A stretch of 64,000 bases of DNA, taken from contig CAWJQU010000005.1 of NCBI GenBank assembly GCA_963845145.1, positions 512,001 to 576,000 on the forward strand, given 5' to 3'. The translations under genes were made by a program, and so were the position numbers. Positions 40,653-50,715 of the stretch are shown in pieces (the stretch's first letter is position 1; each line of letters starts with the position of its first letter). The notes under the pieces were generated by a model, which had not been told where the DNA came from, ran no database searches, and worked only from the letters and a program-made list of their open reading frames with translations. This DNA is from an uncultured delta proteobacterium. GTDB lineage: Bacteria; Desulfobacterota; Desulfobacteria; Desulfobacterales; QNYZ01.

Positions 40653-41912
40653 TTACAGGGTCATAAGAAGAGAATGTAGTTGGTCCAAAGTCACATGACC
40701 GGACTCAACAGCCTCATAAGGATTTCGGTCCATCTTTTTTACCTCGATCAAAGCTTGTTCTATCTCAAAGTGTCTCCCGAAACGCATCCATGCGGCAAGG
40801 ATGTGACCGGTTCGGCCGATACCACCCGAGCAATGTACGACGACCGGCATCTCTTTTTTTTCCGAATCCTTAAGAAAAGGGAGTATCTTCTCTTTCAACG
40901 TATGGGTGTCGACCAGACTATAGTCCTCAACAGGCGCCCAGCACACGTTGTCGTTTCCAAATGCCTGCTTGTAAGAACCGAGAAGGTCTTCGCTGTAATA
41001 GCCCAGCTGGTCCTTCGTGATGAGGCAGCACACACGCTGGATATCCTTATTTTGCATAAATCGAATCCAGTTTTGAATCGCGTCAGGACCGACCGTTTCA
41101 TTGGGATACCCCGGTCTTTCAGATCCGTGCACTATTTTTTCAGCGACTGATGCCGGATTAAATCGAAATTTATTCATCGGTTCGTCCGTTTGTTCAGGTC
41201 TTTTTTCCATATAACGGTTTAATTTTCTAACATGTTGTTGTGATAAGGACCTGGCATCCTCGGCCCGTCCCTGCGTGATGGCCTCAACGATTTGGCAAAG
41301 GCCCTGAACGTTATCATCAAAAAAACTTTCATCTTTAAGAAAAAGCCGTTCATACGTTGCGACGATGTTTTCATGGATCATCTGCACGACAGCTGTGAAA
41401 AGCGGATTTCCAACAATCTCCGCGATGGCGACATGAAGTTGAACATCCAAACGAATGGCGTCTTTCCAATCAGCGCGGTTCTCGGCCCTTAGACCCCGGA
41501 ATTCAGATATCAATGCTTGCATCGTTTGACACCCTTCGGGTGTCGCTTTTTCAGCGGCCCGCCCAGCCACAAATCCCTCTACAACTCCTTGAAATTCCAT
41601 CAAATGATCGATGGTTATTATTTTGGAACGGACCAAGAGATCCAATAGTTCAACCATTTTACCGGTATCAACGGTTTTTATGATCGCACCACCGCTTGAG
41701 CCGGTCTTGATTTCGACCAACCCCTTCTGCTCCAAAACCCGTAATGCTTCGCGGATGGTTCCCCGGCTTGTGGAAAACATTTCCGTTAATTTTAGTTCCG
41801 ACGGTAATATGTCGCCCGGCTTTAAATCGCCGGATATAATGGCATTTTGGATTTGTTCGACGACATCTTGGAAAATACGGTTGGTCTTAACTTTTCGGTG
41901 GGGAAATGGCAT
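40653..41912 (-). CDS. GntR/FadR-family regulator fused in frame to a dual-specificity (CX5R) phosphatase
   Basis: LKPGDILPSE..SRGTIREAL HTH and FCD domain; C-terminal VVHCSGGIGRTG. Confidence 0.8.
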   Translation of the reverse strand: MPFPHRKVKTNRIFQDVVEQIQNAIISGDLKPGDILPSELKLTEMFSTSRGTIREALRVLEQKGLVEIKTGSSGGAIIKTVDTGKMVELLDLLVRSKIITIDHLMEFQGVVEGFVAGRAAEKATPEGCQTMQALISEFRGLRAENRADWKDAIRLDVQLHVAIAEIVGNPLFTAVVQMIHENIVATYERLFLKDESFFDDNVQGLCQIVEAITQGRAEDARSLSQQHVRKLNRYMEKRPEQTDEPMNKFRFNPASVAEKIVHGSERPGYPNETVGPDAIQNWIRFMQNKDIQRVCCLITKDQLGYYSEDLLGSYKQAFGNDNVCWAPVEDYSLVDTHTLKEKILPFLKDSEKKEMPVVVHCSGGIGRTGHILAAWMRFGRHFEIEQALIEVKKMDRNPYEAVESGHVTLDQLHSLLMTL

Positions 41913-41945
41913 TGGGTACCTTGAATATTTAAATCGAAATATGAG

Positions 41946-41974
41946 AACTGTCTAACAGTTTGATGGTTTGACAA
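41946..41974. promoter_or_regulatory. Candidate FadR/LldR-type operators
   Basis: Palindrome AACTGT-CTA-ACAGTT and adjacent TGGTTTGACAA, between the GntR gene and the divergent flavoprotein gene. Confidence 0.55.
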
Positions 41975-42141
41975 TTAATCCTATTTTGCTATTTGATTCA
42001 TTGTCAAGAACATTGTATGAAAATGAAAAATCACCAAAGCCTGCAGCGCTATATTCAATTAAACAATCAGCGACATTTATCTATTAAATCAACAGCCCCG
42101 GTTTTTATGGTCGCTACCCACTCGAAAAGGAGATGACATTA

Positions 42142-43161
42142 ATGTTGATTGATACGTTTATGGAAAAAGGTGCGAACTTTTTGAAGTGTCGCTACCCTAT
42201 CATGTGCGGCGCCATGACCTGGGTAAGTGATCCCAAGCTTGTCACTGCTATTGGAGAAGCGGGAGGGTTTGGTTTACTGGCCGGTGGAAATGCGCCGGTA
42301 GAGGTCCTTCAGGAACAGATTCGGGATACGCTTGATCTCTCGGATCATCCTTTCGGCGTTAATTTGATCACCTTGGCGCCGGTGTATCGGGACCAGCTCG
42401 ACATGGTCTGCCGTTCAGACTGCAAGGTTGCGGTTTTTGCGGGAGGAATTCCGCGCAAAAGAGAAATTCAGCTGGCCAAGGAGGCTGGTATTCGTACAAT
42501 CTGTTTTGCTCCCACGGCACCGCTGGCCCACAAATTGATCGAGATGGGGGCCGATGCCCTGATCCTGGAAGGCTCCGAAGCCGGAGGGCATATCGGCCCT
42601 GTGGCGCTATCCGTTTTGATTCAGCAGATTCTGTTTAATGTGGACGATGTGCCTATTTTTATCGCCGGTGGGATCGCCACCGGACGTATGATGGCCCACT
42701 TGATGATGATGGGCGCGGCCGGTATCCAGATGGGAACACGATTTATCATGGCTGAAGAGTGCCAAGTCCACAAAGCCTTCAAGGAAGCTTTCATCAAAGC
42801 CCGCGCCCGTGATGCCATGGCCACGCCCCAGTTTGACAGCCGCTTACCGGTTATTCCGGTACGGGCGTTGAAAAACGAGGGGGTCATTGAATTCGGCAAG
42901 CTCCAATTGGAATTGCTGCATAAACTTGACCAGGGCGCGATTGATCGCCAGGAGGCTCAATATGCTGTGGAGCGGTTCTGGGTCGGTGCCTTGCGCGACG
43001 CGGTAGTCGATGGTGATGTGACCAAAGGGTCTCTCATGGCAGGCCAATCGGTGGGCTTAGCGGACCGTATTCAACCCCTGGATGTTATCATGACCGAGAT
43101 GATCGGAGATGCGGAGACAGAGTTAAACCGATTGAAGGGTGTATTTGATGACAAAAATTAG
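42142..43161 (+). CDS. Nitronate monooxygenase / FabK-like FMN oxidoreductase
   Basis: PIMCGAM, EGSEAGGHIG, IAGGI, QMGTRF and MAGQSVG. Confidence 0.88.
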   Translation: MLIDTFMEKGANFLKCRYPIMCGAMTWVSDPKLVTAIGEAGGFGLLAGGNAPVEVLQEQIRDTLDLSDHPFGVNLITLAPVYRDQLDMVCRSDCKVAVFAGGIPRKREIQLAKEAGIRTICFAPTAPLAHKLIEMGADALILEGSEAGGHIGPVALSVLIQQILFNVDDVPIFIAGGIATGRMMAHLMMMGAAGIQMGTRFIMAEECQVHKAFKEAFIKARARDAMATPQFDSRLPVIPVRALKNEGVIEFGKLQLELLHKLDQGAIDRQEAQYAVERFWVGALRDAVVDGDVTKGSLMAGQSVGLADRIQPLDVIMTEMIGDAETELNRLKGVFDDKN

Positions 43162-43252
43162 CACTTTTTTCGCCGCCGTGCCCAATATTCCATGAGGAGA
43201 GACGTTCATATCTTTTAGACCGGTGGACAAAACGCAACGCAAATATGGGCGG

Positions 43253-44185
43253 CTACGGAACCGTCAATTTTAAATCGTCAAAATAGACGACGCTTCTATT
43301 CGGTAAACGGATAGTGAAAAAACGTATATTGCGGATCTCCCGCATGTTCATCAGTCGGCCTTTGGGAGCCTGTTCAATATCTTTAAGGCTAACCGTAAAA
43401 GTATGCCATCCTCTGGATATCGAAAAGGTTCGATTAAACCGGTCTTCATACCTTTGATCTTGTTCCGTGTGTTTTTTATCGTGAATACGGCAAGTGAGCG
43501 ATATGTTTTCGGAGGATGGATTGAACACTGAGAATTGAAAATTACCGAAACCCTCCCAGTTGTTTGGGAAATAGCGTAACCCCACGCCCGAATATTGGTC
43601 GGTTGTAAGATGCACGCGCAGGGCAGCCTTGCCCGTCTTTTTAATTTCTCCATCCACACTAAAATCGGCATCTCCGGACCAACGGTTGATTTCGTATGGG
43701 GTTTCAAAACTTGAAAGTTCCGGAAATTGTTTGCGGGCGATATATTCATCGACAAAGGAAATAATAACCGGGTAAACCTGAAACCCAACTAAAATAATGA
43801 CGCCGATTTGGCCTATGCGCAGAATATTTCCTGAGATTGTTTTTCGGAGCGGTAACAAAAAGAATATACCGGCCAGCCCGCCAATCATATTTCTAAATAA
43901 ATCGCCGGTATCCGGTATTCGTTGCAGCCCGTACTGCAACAGTTCGATGATAGCGCCCAGAATAACCGGTATCGCCAAAGCCAAAAGGCATTGGAGACGG
44001 TAGTTGTTTAACATCCGCTTGAAAAAAGTAAAAAGAAGCGGGAGTAGTGAAAAAAAGAGGATATGGCCCAAATTCCAGAAGGATTTGTAAGACCGCTGAG
44101 ATTGATAGTCCGGCCCACCAATAAAAAACAAGAAAAATAAGGTGAGTAAAATTGAGAAAAAAAGAAACCGTTTTAAACGTGTCAT
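43253..44185 (-). CDS. VanZ-like membrane domain + C-terminal carbohydrate-binding-like domain
   Basis: GHILFF..IELLQ..DLFRN..G (VanZ-like); beta-rich C-terminus ending VYFDDLKL. Confidence 0.65.
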   Translation of the reverse strand: MTRLKRFLFFSILLTLFFLFFIGGPDYQSQRSYKSFWNLGHILFFSLLPLLFTFFKRMLNNYRLQCLLALAIPVILGAIIELLQYGLQRIPDTGDLFRNMIGGLAGIFFLLPLRKTISGNILRIGQIGVIILVGFQVYPVIISFVDEYIARKQFPELSSFETPYEINRWSGDADFSVDGEIKKTGKAALRVHLTTDQYSGVGLRYFPNNWEGFGNFQFSVFNPSSENISLTCRIHDKKHTEQDQRYEDRFNRTFSISRGWHTFTVSLKDIEQAPKGRLMNMREIRNIRFFTIRLPNRSVVYFDDLKLTVP

Positions 44186-44314
44186 GCTGTAAATAATCAA
44201 TTCAGGGCATTTGAGGGTTAAAAAGCGTATCGTGCTGCTAATGATACGGTAATGCTGCCAGAAAACGATGATTCCGGCAAACGAAAAATCGGATAATTAT
44301 TTTTGTTTAATCCA

Positions 44315-44926
44315 TTACTGCTCTACTTTATCCGATACCAGGAACAGGCCCGCCAAGCCGGCGTACACCTGGGGCCCGGTGCGCCCATGGGGGTGGGGAT
44401 GATACCAATAGGTGCCGGCCCGGTTTTGAACCTCGAATTCGTATAGATAGGATTGCCCCTGGGAAACGACATACCGCGGATGTCCGTCCATGATGGCCGG
44501 CACGTGAAGGCCGTGCCAGTGAATAATCGATTCTTCCGGAATGTCATTGATAAACCGAATCCGTACTTTTTACCCTTGATGGACTTTAATTATCGGGCCC
44601 AGATAACTTCCGGGAAGATCGACCACGCGGTTTTTGCCGCCCTTGTTAACCGCCGCACGATAACGCCATACCTGGGTTGCATTGCCCGGAAAAAGCGCTA
44701 ACGAATCCGGTTGTGATCGCATCGTAATATCAAGATCAGGCTCAAACCCCACCTCAGGCCCGCGGGCGTTGTCTGGACCCGATGCGGATCGGGCCGATAA
44801 CGGCATCACCCCGCCTGCCATGAGGCCCAGGGTGCCATAACCGGCCAGTTTCAAAAACCGTCTTCGATCGAACCGGCCTGAATCACCATGTGGATTGCCA
44901 TTTGGGTCACTATTTTGGATCTTCAT
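44315..44926 (-). pseudogene. Tat-exported multicopper oxidase, nonsense-interrupted and truncated
   Basis: RRRFLK Tat motif; in-frame TAA at 44570-44572; then IHWHG and WYHPH copper motifs; ends after domain 1. Confidence 0.85.
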
Positions 44927-44990
44927 TTTAAAGCACCCATAATAGACGCCTGCCGAGTATGATGTGCTATCCGACAGATATTAACAGAGA

Positions 44991-45019
44991 ATGGGACGAC
45001 CCTAGAACTGCCGTCCCAT
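44991..45019. terminator. Hairpin downstream of the ZraP-like gene
   Basis: ATGGGACG ... CGTCCCAT. Confidence 0.4.
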
Positions 45020-45047
45020 CAAGATAACCATCAAAGTGACTTTAGCA

Positions 45048-45524
45048 TTATTCCCAACAATTTCCCCCGCCTCGGCGCCCTTTACCCATCATCGAGCCGC
45101 CGCGCATAAACCCACGCCCGGCCTTGGGATTCAGCTTTCTCATCTCGACCATGTGATCGATACGCTTTTGATCGAATTGGGATTGCAGCTCGGATATTTC
45201 CTTTTGTAATCCGGAAGCTTTGGCGGCATCCGGCTCACTTTTAGCCAATTCGCCCTGTAAGGCCTGCTCTTTTTCAACCAGACTGGCTCTGATCTCCCGG
45301 GTTTCTTTTAAAAAGGCCTCTCTTTTCTCTTCGAACTGCTTGTATTCCTCTTTGCTTACCGAATCGTTGGGACCGGCACCATACCCGCCACGATGATGCC
45401 AGCCCGAACCCTGCTGATCCGAGCCACCACCCCAGCCCATTCCACGGTGGGCAAATGCATTGATGCCGATTCCCAACAAAGCAATTGAAATGAGTCCGAT
45501 AAACACAATTTTTAACGTACGCAT
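45048..45524 (-). CDS. Periplasmic ZraP/Spy/CpxP-family metal-binding protein
   Basis: Signal peptide, Gly/His/Met-rich ends, helical core 'PDAAKASGLQKEISELQ'. Confidence 0.8.
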   Translation of the reverse strand: MRTLKIVFIGLISIALLGIGINAFAHRGMGWGGGSDQQGSGWHHRGGYGAGPNDSVSKEEYKQFEEKREAFLKETREIRASLVEKEQALQGELAKSEPDAAKASGLQKEISELQSQFDQKRIDHMVEMRKLNPKAGRGFMRGGSMMGKGRRGGGNCWE

Positions 45525-45595
45525 GATGAAATACCTCCTTTTTGCAATAAATTTGAATGATATGTGATCTGACCGTCAATCTGAGAAAGGGTAAG

Positions 45596-45611
45596 AGCAA
45601 TCCGTATGCCA
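45596..45611 (-). promoter_or_regulatory. Sigma-54 promoter of the ZraP-like/MCO genes
   Basis: TGGCATACGGATTGCT fits GG-N10-GC; candidate activator repeats TATAAAATTTACCCGG (45721) and TATAATTATTACCCGG (45761). Confidence 0.75.
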
Positions 45612-45806
45612 TATCCGCAAACGACAAACTTATAATCGTTATCATATTGATTTTATTAAAATATTTATTAACTACCAGCTTGACTCAAGATATTTTTTCA
45701 ATAGAGGCCACCTTGGATCGTATAAAATTTACCCGGAAAATTTATAAAATATTTTAAAAGTATAATTATTACCCGGTCATGTGAAGAAACGAAGGTTAAG
45801 ATCGCC

Positions 45807-45831
45807 AGGCACCCACAAGGGGCGCCCCTAC
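45807..45831 (-). repeat. Single GTAG-type REP-like sequence
   Basis: GTAGGGGCGCCCCTTGTGGGTGCCT on the minus strand. Confidence 0.5.
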
Positions 45832-46126
45832 AGATGGAATCCACGCAAAAAGATTGTTTTTTTGAATGTTGGACGTGAACAATGCACTATAACCCTCACC
45901 CCTTTTGTGAAGATTCCCAAATACGGTTACCGTGCGGGACAATCTCGGGACAATCGCAAATAATAACCATGCCTGATGGATTTTTACTTGCGATTGCCCT
46001 GTGCGGCCTGTTTGATGCTGTTGATTTTTTTATTTATTAAACATATCTTTATTTTGTCATACATGTGCATCATCGAAGCGTTTAAAAACCCTTTTTAGTC
46101 TATATTTGATACAGGATTATTAAAGC

Positions 46127-46789
46127 GTGATATCTACCTCAAACAGCGACAAAGCGTTGATCGTTATTATTAGTATTTTTATCGGCAGCATGACGATTTC
46201 TTCTGTGTTGGCTAATAAAATTATTGGTGTATTCGGTATATTTGTGCCGGCAGGTGTGCTGGCCTATTCCATCACTTTTATTTGTACGGATGTGATCAGT
46301 GAGGTGTGGGGAAAAGAAACGGCCCAGCAAACCATCATGGGTGGTTTTATTGCCCTGCTTACCGTCTTGTTTCTGGTTCAGGCGGCGATTGTCTGGCAGC
46401 CGGCCCCTTTCTGGAAAGAGGATGCGGCATTCGGATCAATTTTAGGGAGCACCTCCCGGATCATCATCGCCTCGTTTACGGCCTACCTGATCAGCCAGTT
46501 TCATGATATTCATACGTTTCACCTGTTTAAACGGTGGACCGGCGGCCGGCATCTCTGGCTGCGCAATACCGTGTCGACAGCCATATCCCAGTTGATCGAT
46601 TCGGTTCTTTTTATCACCATTGCCTTCTACGGCACGATGCCCGTGGCCCCTCTGATCTTCGGGCAGTGGGTAATCAAGTTTGCCATTGCCGTTTTAGATA
46701 CGCCCATTATCTACCTGGCCGTCTGGGTGCTTCGCAACAAAGCCGGGTTGCGTTCGAATAAAACGATCGGGGAGGCCGGGGCGCTTTGA
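46127..46789 (+). CDS. yhhQ: Queuosine precursor transporter (YhhQ/COG1738)
   Basis: TDVISEVWG, SRIIIAS, LWLRN..ST..SQLIDS and DTP. Confidence 0.88.
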   Translation: MISTSNSDKALIVIISIFIGSMTISSVLANKIIGVFGIFVPAGVLAYSITFICTDVISEVWGKETAQQTIMGGFIALLTVLFLVQAAIVWQPAPFWKEDAAFGSILGSTSRIIIASFTAYLISQFHDIHTFHLFKRWTGGRHLWLRNTVSTAISQLIDSVLFITIAFYGTMPVAPLIFGQWVIKFAIAVLDTPIIYLAVWVLRNKAGLRSNKTIGEAGAL

Positions 46790-46842
46790 AAATGGTGCCG
46801 TGGTTTAACCTAAATTGACCGAAGGGAAGTACACCTGCCGAT

Positions 46843-47451
46843 TTGAATGACTATCCCGTCATTGCCTGCCACGATTGCGATTTGATCCATCGGATTCCGA
46901 TGGTGCAGCCGGGCCATGTGGCGAGATGCTCCCGGTGCCGGGCGATTCTTATTCGACCCAAAAAAAATAGTATCGAACGAACCCTGGCCTTATCTTTTAC
47001 CGGGCTTATTCTGTTTATTATCGCCAACGCCTTTCCCTTTTTGTCATTTGCACTGGAAGCCGAGGTTCGCCAAACCACGATGCTGTCCGGCGTCATATCC
47101 CTTTACGCCCAGAATCAAAGGGTCGTTGCTTTGGTGGTGTTTTTAACGATTTTCCTGATACCATTGGTTCAGTTGTTAGGATTGATTTATATTTTCCTGC
47201 CGTTACAATTTAAAAAACCGGCGCGGCACATGCCGCTTATCTTTCGTCTGGTTCGAAAATTTCAGCCATGGAGCATGATGGAGGTGTTTATGCTCGCTAT
47301 TCTTGTCTCCATCGTCAAACTGGCCGGCATGGCGCAGATTATTCCCGGTCTGTCTCTTTATGCGCTGCTTGCCCTGATCTTCGTATTGGCGGCGATTGCC
47401 GCCGGTATCGATCCGCACCTTCTGTGGTTAAAATGGGAACATCACCGATGA
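46843..47451 (+). CDS. pqiA: Paraquat-inducible protein A (first half-size copy)
   Basis: CHDCD..CSRC zinc ribbon; PWSMMEVF. Confidence 0.88.
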   Translation: MNDYPVIACHDCDLIHRIPMVQPGHVARCSRCRAILIRPKKNSIERTLALSFTGLILFIIANAFPFLSFALEAEVRQTTMLSGVISLYAQNQRVVALVVFLTIFLIPLVQLLGLIYIFLPLQFKKPARHMPLIFRLVRKFQPWSMMEVFMLAILVSIVKLAGMAQIIPGLSLYALLALIFVLAAIAAGIDPHLLWLKWEHHR

Positions 47452-48086
47452 GCAATTTTTCGCCGGCGACCCATCCAAGGTCGACCATCAGTTGCTCGAG
47501 CTGTCATTTATTATGCCGCCGGCCGACGTTGGACGACCGCCCGCTGGGCCAATGCCCGCGTTGCGGCGCCCGTCTTCACTACCGTAAGCAAAACAGTATT
47601 GCACGGACCTGGGCCTTGACCTTGGCGGCCTTAATTTTTTACCTACCCGCCAATCTGCTGCCTATCAGCCACATGTCGCAATTGGGAACGGTTCAATCGG
47701 ACACGATTGTCAGCGGCGTTATCTACTTTTTTAAAACCGGCATGTGGCCCATTGCCCTGATTATCTTCATTGCCAGCATTTTCATTCCCCTCCTGAAATT
47801 GATGATTTTGATCTTTCTATTGATCTCGGTCCAACGACGGTCCCAATGGCGGCCACGGGACCGCACCCGGCTGTACCGGGTTACGGAGGCCGTTGGGCGC
47901 TGGTCTATGGTCGATATTTATGTGATCACCATTTTGGTGGCGCTGATCGAGTTGGGGGCTGTCGCGGATATCGACGCCGGTCCGGCGGCCATATTTTTTT
48001 CCATTGTTGTCGTGATGACCATGCTGGCGGCGATGAGTTTTGATCCTCGTCTGATCTGGGATGTACAGGAGTCGCATAATGCCTGA
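47448..48086 (+). CDS. pqiA: Paraquat-inducible protein A (second half-size copy)
   Basis: CSSC..CPRC; PANLLP; GRWSMVD; FDPRLIWD. Confidence 0.9.
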   Translation: MSNFSPATHPRSTISCSSCHLLCRRPTLDDRPLGQCPRCGARLHYRKQNSIARTWALTLAALIFYLPANLLPISHMSQLGTVQSDTIVSGVIYFFKTGMWPIALIIFIASIFIPLLKLMILIFLLISVQRRSQWRPRDRTRLYRVTEAVGRWSMVDIYVITILVALIELGAVADIDAGPAAIFFSIVVVMTMLAAMSFDPRLIWDVQESHNA

Positions 48087-49746
48087 AAAGAACGCGAAAG
48101 ATACGTTACCCGGCGATTTACCCGAGCCGGTAATCCATACGCCAAGAACGAAAATATCGCTGGTATGGGTGATTCCTCTTCTGGCAGCGATAATAGGCGC
48201 CTGGCTGGCCTATCGGGGTATCACCGAAAAAGGACCGACCATCACCATCTCCTTTGAAACTGCCGAAGGCTTGGAGGCCGGTAAAACCAAAATTCGATAC
48301 AAGGATATTGAGCTCGGCAAAGTAGATAAAATTCTTTTGAGTTCCGATCGCAAACATGTTGTCGTTAGGGCTGAACTGGACAAGCAGGCCGAAGAATTGC
48401 TATCGGAAAAAACACGCTTTTGGGTGGTTCGCGCACGTGTGGCGGCAACCGAGGTCAAGGGGTTATCGACCCTTTTTTCCGGCGCATTTATCGCCATGGA
48501 TCCCGGGCCTTCGGGACCACCGGTATATGATTTCATAGGATTACAGACCCCCCCCATTATCACCAGGGGCATGCCCGGCCGCCATTTCACCCTTATGGCT
48601 AAACGACGGAGCTCCCTGGACGTGGGGTCGCCGGTTTACTACCGCCAGATTCAGGTCGGCGAAGTGGTTGCCTTCAATTTAGGCCCCAATGGCCGCACCA
48701 TCCGGTTCAATATTTTTGTACGCGCGCCTTACGATAAGTATGTTTTAAAAAACACACGGTTTTGGAATGTAAGCGGGTTTGATTTATCATTAAGCGTAAA
48801 AGGCATCGAATTAAAAACGGAAACCCTCTCGACCCTGCTTATGGGTGGTATCGTCTTCAATCTTCCGGAGAATGCGCCTCCAGATGAACGGGCCGGGGAG
48901 AATGCTGTCTTTACGCTATTCGAAGATGCGGAAGCCGGCCGAGTCAAACATTATAACCTTAAAACCCGCTGGCTCATATACTTCAACGGCTCCGTGCGTG
49001 GGTTGATCCCCGGTGCGCCGGTGGAGTTTCGAGGAATTCCCATCGGCAAAGTGATCGATGTAGAGCTGGCTTTTGATGAGGAGGCGGTGACGTTTGATAT
49101 ACCGGTTTTAATTGAAATTGAGCCGGAGCGCGTATTGACGGACCGGTCTTTGGCCGGTATCGACGACCTGAAACCAATCATGAATCAGCTGGTGGCCAAG
49201 GGCTTGAGGGCCCAGCTCGAAAGTGGAAATCTCCTTACCGGCCAGAAGTTGGTCGAATTCGACATTCATCCCAATGCTTCACCCGCTTCTATCCTATGGG
49301 AGGGGACGTATCCCCGTTTGCCCACCCTGCCGGGCAGCGTCGAGGCCGTCACCAGCCAAATTGCGAGCATTATCGATAAGCTTGAGAAGCTGCCCATCAC
49401 CGAAATTGCCGATGATCTTAAAGCGACAGTAAAAAATGCAAAAACATTAACCGGATCCCCGGCGATCCCCCGGGCATTGAACCAACTCAACCTCGTGCTG
49501 GATGATCTGCTGGTATTTGTTGACAGCCTTCAGGGTAACCTTAGCCCGGATATGTTAAGCACCCTCCAACAGGCGAGGGAAACCTTGAGATCGGCTCAAT
49601 CAATGCTGGATTCCGACTCCGACCTTCAGTCTACCGTTAAATCCGCCATGGAAGAAGTATCTAAGTCCGCGCGATCTTTGCGTATTTTGACCGAATATCT
49701 CGAGACACATCCCGAGGCATTGATATTCGGTAAAGAGAAAAAATGA
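48079..49746 (+). CDS. pqiB: PqiB multi-MCE (MlaD) protein
   Basis: VWVIPL TM segment, three MCE domains (GSPVYYR, GAPVEFRG), C-terminal HPEALIFG. Confidence 0.93.
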   Translation: MPEKNAKDTLPGDLPEPVIHTPRTKISLVWVIPLLAAIIGAWLAYRGITEKGPTITISFETAEGLEAGKTKIRYKDIELGKVDKILLSSDRKHVVVRAELDKQAEELLSEKTRFWVVRARVAATEVKGLSTLFSGAFIAMDPGPSGPPVYDFIGLQTPPIITRGMPGRHFTLMAKRRSSLDVGSPVYYRQIQVGEVVAFNLGPNGRTIRFNIFVRAPYDKYVLKNTRFWNVSGFDLSLSVKGIELKTETLSTLLMGGIVFNLPENAPPDERAGENAVFTLFEDAEAGRVKHYNLKTRWLIYFNGSVRGLIPGAPVEFRGIPIGKVIDVELAFDEEAVTFDIPVLIEIEPERVLTDRSLAGIDDLKPIMNQLVAKGLRAQLESGNLLTGQKLVEFDIHPNASPASILWEGTYPRLPTLPGSVEAVTSQIASIIDKLEKLPITEIADDLKATVKNAKTLTGSPAIPRALNQLNLVLDDLLVFVDSLQGNLSPDMLSTLQQARETLRSAQSMLDSDSDLQSTVKSAMEEVSKSARSLRILTEYLETHPEALIFGKEKK

Positions 49747-49821
49747 CGATTTCTTCTTTCGCCCAAGGCCGAATGGTTTCAGCTTTTAGCCAGATAGGTG
49801 GGGATTGTGCCTTCCGAATTA

Positions 49822-49979
49822 AGGGTTCGCGCAAAAATAAGTTCACAATTTTAGGCGTTGAGGCGCCCGCCTGGCAAGGCGTGAAAGTGCTGGAATATCG
49901 TGATATTCCGAGCTTTCACAACGTCGCCAGACGGGATGCATCGGCGTATAAAATGTGAAATTATTTTTTCGCGAGCCCT
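49822..49979. mobile_element. 158-bp fold-back MITE-like element
   Basis: Terminal IRs AGGGTTCGCGCAAAAATAAGTTCACAATTTT / AAAATGTGAAATTATTTTTTCGCGAGCCCT; nested internal IRs around GGAATATC-GT-GATATTCC. Confidence 0.8.
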
Positions 49980-49997
49980 GAGCGATGGTCTATCGGG

Positions 49998-50618
49998 TCA
50001 TCGATTGTTGACAGCCAATTTTACGCCAAAACCGATGAGTGCTACGCCGGCCAACCGCGTGGCAACCCATTGGGCATATTGCCACCGCGACAGCCGCCTT
50101 GCGGCCGCATTGCCAACCAATACCAACCCGGTCTGATATAATAAACTGATGGCCGTAACATGCGCCATTAGCGTCATAAGTGTGATGGGTGTTGACTCGG
50201 AACTGAGGAACAGCGGAAAAAAGGCCATAAAAAAGACAATGACTTTAGGGTTGGTAAGGCTCACAGCAAGCGCCTGCCGAAAATAAGCCCAGCTCTCCGG
50301 TTCGATGGCGCCATTCTTCGGCTTATCCGCTACGGACGTGCGCAGCAGTTTCCAACCTAACCAGCATAAGTAGCCCGCCCCAATCCATTGTGCACTGGCC
50401 AATATGCCGGGATATGCACCGAGAATTGCTGCCAACCCCATTACGGCGGACAGCATATATATAATATCACCGCTAAGGGTTCCCAAAACCGCTTTCATGC
50501 CGCTGCCGACCCCCTTCCGGGCGGTTGCATTCAGGATGGTAATCGTCCCCGCACCGGGAATGAGTTGAAAAACGATAATCGTTATGATGAAGCTGCCGTA
50601 GTTTTGAATATCGAACAT
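49998..50618 (-). CDS. LysE/RhtB-family exporter
   Basis: IPGAG, GAGYLCWLG and LTNPKV. Confidence 0.9.
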   Translation of the reverse strand: MFDIQNYGSFIITIIVFQLIPGAGTITILNATARKGVGSGMKAVLGTLSGDIIYMLSAVMGLAAILGAYPGILASAQWIGAGYLCWLGWKLLRTSVADKPKNGAIEPESWAYFRQALAVSLTNPKVIVFFMAFFPLFLSSESTPITLMTLMAHVTAISLLYQTGLVLVGNAAARRLSRWQYAQWVATRLAGVALIGFGVKLAVNNR

Positions 50619-50715
50619 CGATGCCTCACTTTTTTAGTTTTTGGCTTATTGGTCTACTATTTTTTTAGCGGTTTGAATAGATTACCAAATAGACTCAGCC
50701 AAGGCAAACCATTCG

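Noticed and set aside
44570..44572. Recoded stop in the multicopper oxidase
   Set aside because: The codon is TAA, not at a Cys position, and the gene is also truncated downstream.
45960..46126. preQ1 riboswitch upstream of yhhQ
   Set aside because: No recognisable stem-loop with the A-rich tail pattern; a covariance-model search would be needed.
49743..50136. ORFs 49743..49958 and 49900..50136 as genes
   Set aside because: They are read largely through the fold-back element or antisense to the LysE gene.
50703..50715. GGCAAACCATTCG resembling a c-di-GMP-I riboswitch start
   Set aside because: The following GAAA tetraloop and GACGCAAAG elements are absent, it abuts a gene end, and there is no downstream + strand gene.
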